Part shown: positions 1 to 11,589 of the stretch, piece after piece | How the letters are laid out: the number at the start of each line of letters is the position of its first letter | Position numbering within the stretch: the stretch's first letter is position 1 | Origin: Octopus bimaculoides | Lineage: Eukaryota | NCBI RefSeq assembly: GCF_001194135.2 | Contig: NC_068989.1 | Location: 81,244,541-81,288,367 of the forward strand | DNA length: 43,827 bases | Reading direction: 5' to 3' | Translations under genes and position numbers: made by a program | Notes under the pieces: generated by a model | Database searches by the model: none | Seen by the model: only the letters and a program-made list of their open reading frames with translations | Told to the model about the DNA's origin: nothing

Positions 1-394
1 CTATTCTCTCTCCTACACTGTCTTGCAACCCGAAATACCTCGAGTCTTTGGTCCTCACGGCGCAGAACATTGGCAAATCTTTCCTTATCTGCTTCCCCTC
101 TGGCTAAATAAACCTGTCGCCTAGCCTCCCTTCTGGCACATTGGTACAATTCCCTGCTACCACCGTTCTTCCAGTCCTTCCAAGCTTGTTTCTTTTGTCT
201 AATAGCCCTGTCTACCTCCTTGTTCCACCACCACGTTACTCTGGGTTGGGAGGGGACCTTACACCACCCACAAATCTGGTCGGTGGCTTTCAACAGGTTG
301 TCCCGCAGAAATCTCCAACCATCTTAAACAAGGAGACCATCCAGAAATGTTGCAGGAGATTCTAAAGTCGTCTGGAAGACATGGTTGAAGCCAT
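1..394 (-). mobile_element. RTE-clade LINE fragment (EN-RT linker region)
   Basis: Minus-strand translation LRDNLLKATDQICGWCKVPSQPRVTWWWNKEVDRAIRQKKQAWKDWKNGGSRELYQCARREARR matches the WWNxEV..KK..WK.W linker typical of RTE ORFs; runs off the window edge. Confidence 0.8.
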
Positions 395-779
395 ATGCAA
401 TTTTATTGAATATATTTACTTGTTAGTATTTCAAGATATTTTTAGGTAATTTTGATAAATATAACTGTTAAAATGTGAAGTCAGTATTATTTTCATTTTT
501 GCATAATTCAGACAACAGTTTATTCACCGCATCCTGTATGTATGTATTGCAGTGTAATGTGTTTGTTGATCAAGAATTTTCTCCATTTTCTGCTTAATTT
601 AAATTTGATTCCCAATAAACCCTTGTTTATTTTGTTATTGCCTGTATTCTATGAGCATAGTATGCTTCGCCCAGGGTTAACATAGGTAATTTATACCAGC
701 AGTAAAAACGAATATTCTTATCCCTTAGATGGTTATTCCAACCGCTAACTCTACTAACCTACATATATATATATAGTTT

Positions 780-1110
780 TTGTATTTGGTTTGCAAGATT
801 CTTTATGTGAATTTGTGTGTTGAAACATATTTTGTGGCCTGGGGAGAGTCATTTTGTTTTAATGCCTTATTAATTAAAAATTATGAGTGGAAATTGAACC
901 GATGAGTGTGTTAATCAATAAGGCATTAAAATAGGACGACTCTGCCCAGATTGCTAGCCACTACACATTCTTTATTTTTTCTCCTTGTTTCTTACTGTGG
1001 AAGAGTGTAGGGTCGAAACGTTAAAGACTTTTTCACTTCCTGAACGTTAAACTAATACATCAGTTTGTTGTCTACACCGCCTGTCTTCGTCTTTTGTTTT
1101 TTTTTTGCGA
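780..1110 (+). mobile_element. Possible Penelope-like element terminal fragment
   Basis: Motif GAAGAGTGTAGGGTCGAAACGTTAAAG (1000-1026) resembles the GAAGA..TCGAAACG end motif of Penelope-like elements; 37-bp imperfect hairpin at 841-947. No coding sequence seen. Confidence 0.35.
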
Positions 1111-1121
1111 ATTCTCCCCAC

Positions 1122-1125
<4 letters not shown>

Positions 1126-1164
<39 letters not shown>

Positions 1165-1212
1165 TACATACATACACACACATATACATATATATATATA
1201 TATAGAGAGAGA
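1126..1212. repeat. Compound (TA)n/(CA)n/(GA)n microsatellite
   Basis: Directly visible; source of the YIYIYI ORFs. Confidence 0.95.
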
Positions 1213-2113
1213 GATAAAGTGTGATTCTCTGTGCGCATGTTTGCCACTGTGTACTTTTTATCTCAAAAAACGAAACTTAATAATCCGTCAATTTGATATC
1301 GATGACATAGGTACCAGTCCGAAGCATTTGCGTCGATATGATCACTGAAATTCCTAGAAGGTAGTGTATCAACATGTCTGTAATCCAATGATTTAATTAG
1401 TTTAAAGAATATTCACTAATACTGTATAACTTAATCCGTTCTTTCTCAAGCATTTATATTCTCATTCAGATATAGAAAACTTTTAAAAACATAATTACTA
1501 TAAATCGAATGTTTGAGGACGGAATTCTGCTTTAAGCAGGCCACATAACCCCTCATAACTTTTTTTTTATTTTTTGGAATTTTCAGAATATTTTTGCGTA
1601 TTTGTATCCAGTACACGGTAAATAACATGACTATGAAAAAAGTTTTTTTTTTTTTTAATTTTCGAGATTAATGGAAAAACACGAGAGAGAGTAGGGGGAG
1701 TAACGATTTATCAGAAAGTTCAAGACATTATTTTAAGCACCTGAATGACTGAAAACATGGTTTTCGCAACTGAATTNNNNNNNNNNNNNNNNNNNNNNNN
1801 NNNNNNNNNNNNNNNNNNNNNNNNNNNNNNNNNNNNNNNNNNNNNNNNNNNNNNNNNNNNNNNNNNNNNNNNNNNNNNNNNNNNNNNNNNNNNNNNNNNN
1901 NNNNNNNNNNNNNNNNNNNNNNNNNNNNNNNNNNNNNNNNNNNNNNNNNNNNTTTCTCATTTTAAAGACAATAATGTATAATTTGAAATTTAGTTGCTAT
2001 TTCTAGCAGGTAGTGTGACCACATAAGAGGATCTCTTGTTACCTCGAACAATCTGGAAACAATGCCACGGCTTGTTTGAAATACTTACAAATAAAAAGTA
2101 TGAATTTTAAACT

Positions 2114-2306
2114 AAGTTTTGATCGCATTTGATTCAACTAAAAATACAAGACTCCACTTGCTCGTCTTGACCTTACTATCAACCCTATATGTGATCACTT
2201 GACCTACTAGAAATAATAGTCGCATTTTCTTTGAATCGGCCTCAACATTCCAAGTAAAGAGAGATAACAATTCAGCGAGACTTGAACAATATTTAGACGA
2301 TTCTTT
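2114..2306 (+). repeat. 193-bp direct repeat, copy 1 (possibly decayed L1/Tx1 C-terminal sequence)
   Basis: Matches 3586-3778 with 5 mismatches and no indels (offset 1472). Plus-frame translation of the 3586 copy, LHLLVLTLLSNLYVIT*PARNNSRIF, resembles the L1/Tx1 W..RN..IF motif; that part is tentative. Confidence 0.9.
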
Positions 2307-2608
2307 TTATTTTCTTTGGCTTAACTCAAATATATTTTAAATTTTAAGTGAATTGGATTATGAGAAATTCAATATCATGAATGTATGAATGAGAAGGAAA
2401 ATATAAAACATGTAAACAATAGGGGTCACGAAGTTGATTAAGCTGGGATACAAATACCTCGTTACCCAATTCATCAATATCTTTGGACATGTACATAAAT
2501 AAAGTCAATTTTGTGCGATGTTTTACAAAGTTAATATATAAAGAAGAGTTACAGGACGCTTGGGGTTTATGTTAAAATAGAAAGGGAAATAAAACAAAAG
2601 AGAAACAG

Positions 2609-3088
2609 TTATGATTTATCCGTTCTTTTGAGTAGATCGTGAATTTCTTTAGCTGTAGCGATCTGTCCTCTTACTGTGCTTTGATACTGTGGATACGATT
2701 GGCTTTGTCCGTCTTGATTATCGGTCTTATTAGTCACAACAGGGATCGGTGTAAAGCGATTTCCATCGATGATTTGAGCACTGGCTTCTTGAGCAAGTCG
2801 TAGTATTATTTCCATCTGGTCACAGATTGCAAACAAGTCTTCCAGGCCGCGCTCGAATTTTGGTTGTATGCTTTCCACGTTCATTTTGTTACCAGCGTCG
2901 ACACTGGCATTCTGACGAAACGCCTGGGAAGCCAGTTTGATCAAGTTGACTAGAGATTCTTTTAAACGAGGTAACATCATCTTATATCGTGATATTTGGT
3001 CAAAATCCACTTGTTGGTGGGGCATTTGAGCCGATTGTTGAGGTGCAGGTTGCTGCTGAGTTGGAGGAACTTGAGCACCGGACGCCAT
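2609..3088 (-). CDS. MED29: Mediator of RNA polymerase II transcription subunit 29 (Intersex homolog), intronless, 159 aa
   Basis: Q/P-rich N-terminus, then DFDQISRYKMMLPRLKESLVNLIK...KFERGLEDLFAICDQMEIILRLAQE...YPQY..TVRGQIATAKEIHDLL, aligning with MED29 (DFDPVQRYKMLIPQLKESL...FDKCLEEFYALCDQLELCLRLA...YPQYL.VIKAQISCAKDIH). Start context aaacATGG; AATAAA on the minus strand near 2308-2313. Confidence 0.93.
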   Translation of the reverse strand: MASGAQVPPTQQQPAPQQSAQMPHQQVDFDQISRYKMMLPRLKESLVNLIKLASQAFRQNASVDAGNKMNVESIQPKFERGLEDLFAICDQMEIILRLAQEASAQIIDGNRFTPIPVVTNKTDNQDGQSQSYPQYQSTVRGQIATAKEIHDLLKRTDKS

Positions 3089-3399
3089 GTTTATTCTGGA
3101 ACTAGCCGATGGTTATCTCCCCTTGGACACGCAAAGTATATCGGGAAGGGGAACTGATGCTAAAAGTTTAGAGGAAATCTACTCACGGACGCCTGCTGCA
3201 TAAAAATCTAATAGCGGGTGCTAGAAAGTGCCTGAGTATTGACCTGCTAATCATTTTTGGCATAACTGCAGATGTATACCCCACCGAATTTGTTGCATCA
3301 TAACTTCCAGAAAAATGGATACTTTTTAACGAAACTTGCAACAAATAATTGCTGAAATCCTGTAGATTGAGTGTACATAAAGATTTGTTAGAATTTTTT

Positions 3400-5460
3400 C
3401 CCCCTAGGGATTGGGGAGAGGAATTTCGGAAAATTCACACGACCCAACATTTCCCCACTCCCTCTCATAACTTTCAGGAAATGGGTATTTTTTTAATGAA
3501 ATTTTAAGCAAATACTTTTCAAACGGTGTAGATTACGATTAAAAAGAAATTTGTAGGTAAACATTTTTGGAAGGGGGCGAGGAAAAAGTTTTGATCGCAT
3601 TTGATCCAACTAAAAATACAAGACTCCACTTGCTCGTCTTGACCTTACTATCAAACCTATATGTGATCACTTGACCTGCTAGAAATAATAGTCGCATTTT
3701 CTTTGAATCGGCCTCAACATTCCAAGTAAGGAGAGATAACAATTCAGCGAGACTTGAACAATATTTAGACGGTTCTTTGGAAGGGAACTAGGAAAAAGTA
3801 TGTGATTTAAGGGAGATTTTGGTTGTCGTTTCTAGCACATCCCAAGACCACCCTCCTTGTTTTTTCTCACTCAAATATGTATTGATGTTTTTCAATATTT
3901 CCCCCCATAAACACATTTATGCTATAACAAAAGAAAAGTTTGAAAATTTACAATTTCTTTTTAGTCCTACTTCCTGTCCCCGACTGTTTCTAAAATATGG
4001 AGAGCCTGAGAAGATTATTGCTGGGATTTATCCAGAGTGATTTTAAGAGGTATGTAAAAGATGATATATTTTGATTGCATAATTTTCTGTTAAAAATGTT
4101 TTTTCTTACGCACGCACACACACACACACACACACATACACACAGCCTCGCTCGGTTGGGGTGCGAGTAAAAATTTAAATTACCACCTTTTTGTCCCCTT
4201 TGCTTATATTCCAGCAATGGACTAAGCGTGTGTTACTTTGGCATCATCATTCCATAAAATGTGTTTATGGGGAGAAAAATGTTAATAAACATCAATGGAT
4301 GTGAGTGAGAAAGAAACGAGGAGAGAGGTTTTGGGATGTGCTAGAAATAACAGTCAGATCTCCCATAAATCATACATTTTCCTGTGAAATTATTAACAAT
4401 TTTTTAAAACCGAAAATGTTTCTCTCTCTAAGTGCGTAATGAAAAAAAAAGCAAAAAAAAACAAAAAAAAAACTGGTCAATATCTGTCCGGACAAAATCG
4501 AGGTGGTAAGAATGAAAAAAAAAATCATAAATTTTCACAAAATTTTCTTTCTATTTTTCGTGAATTCCGAATTTCAGGAATCCAATGATTTTCCCATCAT
4601 TCCGAAGACTGTGCTATAAATAATTGACAAAAATTCCCGTCAAAACGGAGAAATTCCAACTTATATAGACCGTTTGATCCGAAACTCCGTTTTCCAGAAA
4701 CTCCTCTCCCCTATTCACTTCTGAAAGATTTTGCTTACAAATTTCTTTGTAATCGTAATCTACACAGTTTGAAAAGTGTCTGTATAAAATTTCATTAAAA
4801 ANNNNNNNNNNNNNNNNNNNNNNNNNNNNNNNNNNNNNNNNNNNNNNNNNNNNNNNNNNNNNNNNNNNNNNNNNNNNNNNNNNNNNNNNNNNNNNNNNNN
4901 NNNNNNNNNNNNNNNNNNNNNNNNNNNNNNNNNNNNNNNNNNNNNNNNNNNNNNNNNNNNNNNNNNNNNNNNNNNNNNNNNNNNNNNNNNNNNNNNNNNN
5001 NNNNNNNNNNNNNNNNNNNNNNNNNNNNNNNNNNNNNNNNNNNNNNNNNNNNNNNNNNNNNNNNNNNNNNNNNNNNNNNNNNNNNNNNNNNNNNNNNNNN
5101 NNNNNNNNNNNNNNNNNNNNNNNNNNNNNNNNNNNNNNNNNNNNNNNNNNNNNNNNNNNNNNNNNNNNNNNNNNNNNNNNNNNNNNNNNNNNNNNNNNNN
5201 NNNNNNNNNNNNNNNNNNNNNNNNNNNNNNNNNNNNNNNNNNNNNNNNNNNNNNNNNNNNNNNNNNNNNNNNNNNNNNNNNNNNNNNNNNNNNNNNNNNN
5301 NNNNNNNNNNNNNNNNNNNNNNNNNNNNNNNNNNNNNNNNNNNNNNNNNNNNNNNNNNNNNNNNNNNNNNNNNNNNNNNNNNNNNNNNNNNNNNNNNNNN
5401 NATATAAACATATTTTTAATTTTTAAAAACCCTCCTCCCCCCAAACCCCTAAAATTTCCA
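3400..5460. repeat. Two inverted copies of an unclassified interspersed repeat around a (CA)n core
   Basis: 3488-3561 is the reverse complement of about 4729-4801, and about 3790-3920 of about 4256-4390; a third related copy lies at about 5535-5710. Confidence 0.7.
3586..3778 (+). repeat. 193-bp direct repeat, copy 2
   Basis: About 97% identical to 2114-2306; itself flanked by a 23-bp imperfect direct repeat (3567-3589 and 3777-3799, TTGGAAGGGnnnnAGGAAAAAGT). Confidence 0.9.
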
Positions 5461-6221
5461 CTCTTTTTCAATTGTTTTTTTTTTTTTTAACTCAGAGTAT
5501 GAAATACGGACAGTCCGAATTTTTGCTTAAATCTCAGCAATGGAACATCCTTGGGTGCATCATCATTCCATTAAATGTGTTTATAAGGAGAAAAATATTG
5601 AAAAACATCAATACATATCAGAGTGACAAAAAAAAAAAAAAATGAGGAAGGTATCAAGTGGTCGTGAGATATGCTAGAAACAACGGCTAAATCGTCCTTA
5701 AATCATGCACACACAAAATGTTTCCTTTTGCATAATCGTATGAATTTCCATGTGTAGAACATAAATTCCCAAAAATTTTCTGAAAATTCCCCCAAAATAA
5801 CCAAGCAATTATATGGAGATGCTTAAACCAGAATTCCACCGTTCTCTCCCCCAAAATTTCAAGCATTGTGCCTGTAGTAAAAAGAATTTTTTACGCTATC
5901 GCGTTACGTCAAAATAGTCTACGTAATCTCTATCCCATGAATTACCAAATGGGAAAAATCTCCTTCCGGGCAGTAAATTTACTGATTTGATGTATCTTCC
6001 GAAATATATAATTGAAACTTCGAAACTGAGAAAAAAAATTGAAGTAACCCTAGTTCGTGAAAAATACTAATTCTTTTCCTACCAGTTTGTATTTAACAGT
6101 TAATATATTAAACTTCTTGATTACTGTATTGCTAATAAAGTGGTCTAATTCAGAAGACTTTGGTTCTGGTATATGTTCATCATTAGTTCATAAATATTGT
6201 TACGGACTATTTATACTGTTA

Positions 6222-6420
6222 CTAGCAGACATACCCAGCGTTGCTCGGGTTTTAAATGGCATAGTTTGTATTTATGGTACAGTTAAGTTGAAAATGTGAT
6301 ACGGGGAAGTGCAGCATTGACAAAACATTTGTGAAGTAAATGAAGGGCTCATTCGACTAACTGACATGACACGCGTCTGTTTAGAAGATTCCAGGCCCTA
6401 ACATTCCTTCTTCTTGTCGA
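6222..6420 (-). mobile_element. Non-autonomous Helitron, 3' end
   Basis: Minus strand ends ACCCGAGCAACGCTGGGT (hairpin) + ATGTCTG + CTAG|T, the canonical Helitron 3' terminus; colinear homolog at 29981-30190. Confidence 0.65.
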
Positions 6421-6499
6421 ACATGGTCATATGCAGAATAAGTAGTGTAAATGTACGTGACCTGGCAAGGTGTGTGTGTGTGTGTGTGGGGACTAATCT

Positions 6500-7880
6500 G
6501 AGAAGCAGGGTCACCTACACAGCGACCTCAGGTCATAAGATATACAATGTGGTGGCTATCAACGAAACCAACATTTCGAGGCACAAACATTCGTATCCAG
6601 TTTCGGCGGCTGATACGAGTTGTATGCATTTCCAAATGCCTGCAGATTAGTAGCTGTGTATATCCCGACATCACTGGGACAACTAGATTTCTTCAGGTGT
6701 CTGGAAATTTTTTGACAACGTCCCTCTGTTCTTTAGTGCTAGTGGACAACTAAAACAAAATCGAGAATGCACGTTTGGATTGCATGGATTTAGCTGCAAG
6801 AAGATTGGAGTGCATCGTAAACCTACTCAGACATTTCCAATTGTCTGACAGGTACCGACTGGATTTTCTAAATGTGCCAATGTGAACGTGGACAAACTGC
6901 ACTGGTAGACTAGTAGATGAAGATAACATGTTAGCATTTTTTAAATCGTTGACTACGCAGACCACAAATTGTAATCGGTATGGTCGAATAAATAGGCTTT
7001 GTAAGCAGGATCCCGGATACGCTGACGGACATGGAAGAACTGTGTTGGCACACATGGACAATGTCATCGTCATTGTGTCGAACAGCAGGCACATTGAGGT
7101 AATCGCAACTGCACTTTAGGACAACAGGGGTGGTGTCAGGAGTAAAAATCTACCAAGAAAAGTTAGTGGGCCTGCAGCGCAGCACTTGGAGAGGCAAGTT
7201 CATGCCGCCTAACAACATTGTCGGGCACTGGCCGGACGGACCTGTTAAATTGCTCGGTGTCTGATTTGATCCAGATGTTGAAGTGGAGAAGCGTTGGATG
7301 AGGCAACGAGCAGGGTGTCTAATCTCACTCAGAAATTGTCCAGGAGAAAGCTGCCTCACGAAAGGTCAGGCAGGGTTACGAACGCTTACATCGCCCCCAT
7401 CATATATTTACACCTGACCGTTGTGCCTTACCTTAATTAATATCTCAATGAATTGGAGCGCCTACTGTTCTATTTATGGAGGAAGAGCGCGTCCCACGGG
7501 TTAACTGATCCATTTGTTGTAAACACCTACTGAATGGAAGAGTAGGCATGTCTTGACTGATGATGTGAAAATATGTACGGAGGCTGTGACATCTCTAACA
7601 TTTCCTTCACGGTTAACAGATGTGATCGCTGTTTGTGAGAGTTTGTTTCTTTGACAAATCTGTGGTTCTGGATGAAACGTACACTGAAGCAAGGCGCCCG
7701 ACACCGGGAGTGCTAGCAGGCACACAGACACGTTCTAGTTGGGCAATGCAGTCGGTAGAACTTCGGCCAGGTTGTTCTATGGAAAGTCTGTGACAGGCAA
7801 AAGAAGCAACATTTTCGAGGAGAGCCTTGGCAATGATGTGTGATGATTTTGCCCTTGTACGAAAATTTGAAATAATTATT
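6500..7880 (+). mobile_element. Degenerate L1/Tx1-clade LINE (APE endonuclease + RT, internally deleted)
   Basis: EN-like NVVAINETN, VYIPTSLGQLDFFRCLEIF, LVLVDN..ENARLDCM; RT-like AHMDNVIVIVS (YADD-like), GHWPDGPVKLLGV, NAYIAPIIYLHLTVVP, KHLLNGRVGM. Many stops and frameshifts. Confidence 0.8.
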
Positions 7881-7884
7881 CATT

Positions 7885-8008
7885 TCTACTCTAGGCACAA
7901 GGCCAGAAATTTTGGTGGAGGGTGGGGGTCAGTCGATTAGATCTACTCCAGTACGCAACTGGTACTTAATTTATTGACCCCGAAAGGGTGAGAGGCAAAG
8001 TCGACCGC
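7885..8008 (-). mobile_element. tRNA-derived SINE family B, partial
   Basis: Shares the GTCGACTTTGCCTTTCATCCTTTCGGGGTCGATAAA-like core with copies at 10.6, 11.0, 14.35, 28.1 and 36.0 kb. Confidence 0.75.
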
Positions 8009-8069
8009 TTCTTCCTAAGAAACGTGTTTTTCTCCTACCTATGGAAAATGCTGCTCTGTACATTTTTTC

Positions 8070-8166
8070 TGGTGTAGCCATCCGGTTTCACCAGTCCTCA
8101 GTCAAATCGTCCAACCCATGCTAGCATGGAAAGCGGACGTTAAACGATGATGATGATGATGATGAA
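8070..8166 (+). mobile_element. RTE LINE 3' tail fragment
   Basis: CCAACCCATGCTAGCATGGAAAGCGGACGTTAAAC(GAT)n terminus shared by many copies in the window. Confidence 0.8.
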
Positions 8167-9049
8167 CTACAGCATCAAAGAAAATCAAAACTCTTATTAT
8201 TCACAAAGCAATTGTAGTGGAGGGGAAATAACTTAAATAATATTTTGAATTATTTCCCTTGAATAGATTATATTGCTGGCGGTTTCATGTGTCGATTAAT
8301 ACACAAGCAGGTGAAGTTGAACAAATATGTATGTAGTCACTTGAAACCTATAAATATAAAAAAATATTCCAGTTTACTAACACACACGAAGCCCCAATCG
8401 CTGTCTTACATTTATATCTATTTCGGTGCTGTATAGTAGCGACAAAAATGTACATATTGTTTGAGAAAACCTATGCATTTGAGCAAATGTGACATAATTT
8501 TTATTGAGCTTGAGTTGTACAGATTCACTTGAGTTGCTATATTTTACTGAAATACAGTGAGTTAGTCATTAGCCTGCGGAAAGCATATCACCGATGACGC
8601 ATTTGTTGTAAAAAATATACAAGGATTGATTCGATTAGAAGGTCAATAGCTACTACTCTTACTACTACCACTACAAGTACAAGAGTTGTATAGTCTTTTT
8701 TTTCTTTTACTGGATTAATTCTTTAAACTGTAGCAATGCTGCTAAACAGCATTCGAATTTTTTAATTCCGATTATATCAACTGCAGTCTTTCCTTAACAG
8801 TCAAATAGCTTGAACGATTAAAATGCAAGGGACGTAACTCTGATGGAATAAATGCAACATTTTTGTAATTTTGTGTGGTGTGTGCATGCGTGGGCCCGTG
8901 AGAGAGAGAGAGAGAGTGTAACAGAAGCTTCCGCACAGATCCTGTTTACCAAATTCTACTCGCAAAGTATAGGTTAAGACCGAAGCTGTTGTAGAACACA
9001 CGTATCCGGAAGCTTCTATCTTTCCTTTACTAATATATATGAAACTAGA

Positions 9050-9800
9050 ATAAGAATAGCCTGGGCAAAGTTCAGAGAGCTCCTACCTCTGCTGGTGACA
9101 AAGCAGAGTAAAAAGCAGACTGAATGACGCATGTGTACGAACAGCCATGCTGCACGGCAGTGGAACATGGGCCGTGACTGCTGAGGACATGCGTAAGCTT
9201 GCAAGGAACGAAGCCAGTACGCTCCGTTGGATGTGTAATGTCAGTGTGCAAACTCGACATAGTATAAGTGCCTTGAGAGAAAAATTGGCCCTAAGATGCA
9301 TCAGATGTGGTGTGCAAGAGAGATGACTGCGCTGGCATGGTCATGTGATACGAATGGATGGGGATAGCTGTGTGAAAAAGTCTCACACCCTAGCGGTTGA
9401 GGGAAACTGGAAGAGGTAGACTTAGGAAGACCTGGGATGAGGTGGTGAAGCATGACCTTCGAACATTAGGCCTCACTGAAGCAATGACTTGTGACCGAGA
9501 CCTTTGGAAATATGCTGTGCTTGAGAAGACCCGGCAAGCCAAGTGAGGCCATAAACTGTGGCCTATGCCAGTGGTGTAACCAGCCCATTTAGGCGTACCT
9601 TTCTTTCATTGGACACTAAACTCTGCTTGTGAAGATCTGTTGAGGCAATCGAAATCGAAATCAAATTCGATGACAGCACCGCATGACTGGCATCCGTGCT
9701 GATGGAGCGCTAAGAACACCATCCGTGCATGATCGTCGCCAGGACCGCTGACTGGCCCCCGTGCCGGTGGCACATAAAAAGCACCATTCGAGCATGATTG
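9050..9800 (+). mobile_element. RTE LINE, C-terminal ORF and part of 3' UTR
   Basis: WAKFRELLPLLVTK...DACVRTAMLHGSGTWAVTAEDMRKLARNEAS.LRWMCNVSV...LRWHGHVIRMD...KTWDEVVKHDLRTLGLTEAMTCDRDLWKYAVLEKTRQAK*. Confidence 0.88.
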
Positions 9801-10012
9801 TTATCAGGGACAGAGTGAAGTGAAAGAGGACGGAAGGTGAGCATGAAGAGAATGCCAGGAAATGTGAGAGAGGGGGAACGAAATAACGTAGAGTAGAATG
9901 AACGAAGTAAGTGTGAAGGGGCTGATAGAAAGAAGGAAAGAATGAAAGAATAGAAAGAATAATAGAGCAATACAAAATTTAGATATACATATACTTACAT
10001 ATAAGAGACCAA

Positions 10013-10076
<64 letters not shown>

Positions 10077-10087
10077 NNNNNNNNNNT

Positions 10088-10182
10088 ATAGGCGCAGGAG
10101 TGGCTGTGTGGAAGTAGCTTGGGCTGACCAAAGCCTTGTGAGTGGATTTGGTAGACGGAAACTGAAAGAAGCCTGTCGTATA

Positions 10183-10215
<33 letters not shown>

Positions 10216-10437
10216 GCAAACTATCAACTACTTCTAGTTTCTCTACCTGGCATGTGATGGAATCAATTTTCTGAGCATCTGCGGTGTTTATTGCCCTTGT
10301 GCATCTGCCTCACACAAAAGCTATCTTCCTGGTTAACCTTCTTTTGATGTTGCTGTACCTGTTCTGGGGTCGATTTGTTCGACAAAAGGCGGTGCTCCAG
10401 CATGGCCGCAGTCAAATGACTGAAACAAGTAAAAAAA
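10088..10437 (+). mobile_element. tRNA-derived SINE family A (internally deleted), with internal (TA)n
   Basis: Head GTGGCTGTGTGG, body CCAAAGCCTTGTGAGTGGATTTGGTAGACGGAAACTGAAAGAAGC, tail GCGGTGCTCCAGCATGGCCGCAGTCAAATGACTGAAACAAGTAAAA; homologous to 26922-27962. Confidence 0.75.
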
Positions 10438-10611
10438 AATTTTTTTTAAGACTAAAAGAATTGGAGTCTAATTCATCAACTAAAAATTCTTCAAGGCGGC
10501 ATCCCAGCATGACCGCGATTGCTGAAACAAAAGCTAAAAGAAAAATAAGAGAAAATTTTGTAAACAACTCTTCAGGGGAGGCAACTCTTCAATATTCTAT
10601 AATTTATTCTT

Positions 10612-11158
10612 TTCTACTGTAGGCACAAGGCCGGAAATTTTGGGGGAGGGAGCCAGTCGATTAGATCAACCTCAGTACGCAACTGGTACTTACTTAATTT
10701 ATCGACCCCGAAAGGATGAAAGGCAAAGTTGACCTCAACGGAATTTGAACTCAGAACCNNNNNNNNNNNNNNNNNNNNNNNNNNNNNNNNNNNNNNNNNN
10801 NNNNNNNNNNNNNNNNNNNNNNNNNNNNNNNNNNNNNNNNNNNNNNNNNNNNNNNNNNNNNNNNNNNNNNNNNNNNNNNNNNNNNNNNNNNNNNNNNNNN
10901 NNNNNNNNNNNNNNNNNNNNNNNNNNNNNNNNNNNNNNNNNNNNNNNNNNNNNNNNNNNNNNNNNNNNNNNNNNNNNNNNNNNNNGATTAAGTCGATTAC
11001 ATCGACCCCAGTGCGTAACTGGTACTTAATTTATCGACCCCGAAAGGATGAAAGGCAAAGTTGACCTCAACGGAATTTGAACTCAGAACCTAACGGCAGA
11101 CGAAATACCGCAAAGCATTTCGTCCGGCGTGCGAACATTTCTGTCAGCTCGTCGCCTT
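10612..11158 (-). mobile_element. SINE family B spanning an assembly gap
   Basis: About 100 bp either side of the gap are near identical (10660-10757 vs 10990-11089); tRNA-like head at the right end. Confidence 0.75.
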
Positions 11159-11404
11159 TACAGATTAATTTATTGATACCGAAAATATTTTTGAGCTTTA
11201 TATTTCTTTATCTTTTCCTTCTTTTAGTCATTGGTCTGGAACATTGCTGACACCCCCCCTTCAAGGCTTTAGTCGAAGAAATCAACCCCGGTAATAGCTT
11301 CGTAACCATACAGCGATGACTGTCAGTTCTGATCAAGCAGACCTCTGGATGAAAGGTATTCAAACCATGACCATCATGCCTTTTTGTTTCGTTTTTTTTA
11401 GATA

Positions 11405-11522
11405 CAGAGTGTCCACAAAGTCTGGGTACATGGGGATTAACACATACTTTTAAAACAAAACAATTTTATTTAATTATAATGTTAATATTTACTCCATGTA
11501 CCCAGACTTTATGGACACCCTG
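11405..11522. mobile_element. Tc1/mariner-type MITE, 118 bp
   Basis: 29-bp TIRs CAGAGTGTCCACAAAGTCTGGGTACATGG / CCATGTACCCAGACTTTATGGACACCCTG (2 mismatches); TA on the left flank, CA on the right. Confidence 0.75.
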
Positions 11523-11589
11523 CAGAATCACATTATGTAATGTGACTCCTTTTTTAACAGCAGCTTATTTGAAGTAGTAGTTTCCATTA

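Noticed and set aside
3539-3742. 67-aa minus-strand ORF as an upstream MED29 exon or separate gene
   Set aside because: Lies mostly in the 193-bp repeat, has no recognisable homology, and MED29 already has its own start with good context.
10660-11089. Tandem SINE duplication
   Set aside because: Near-identical sequence on both sides of a gap is best explained by unmerged contig overlap.
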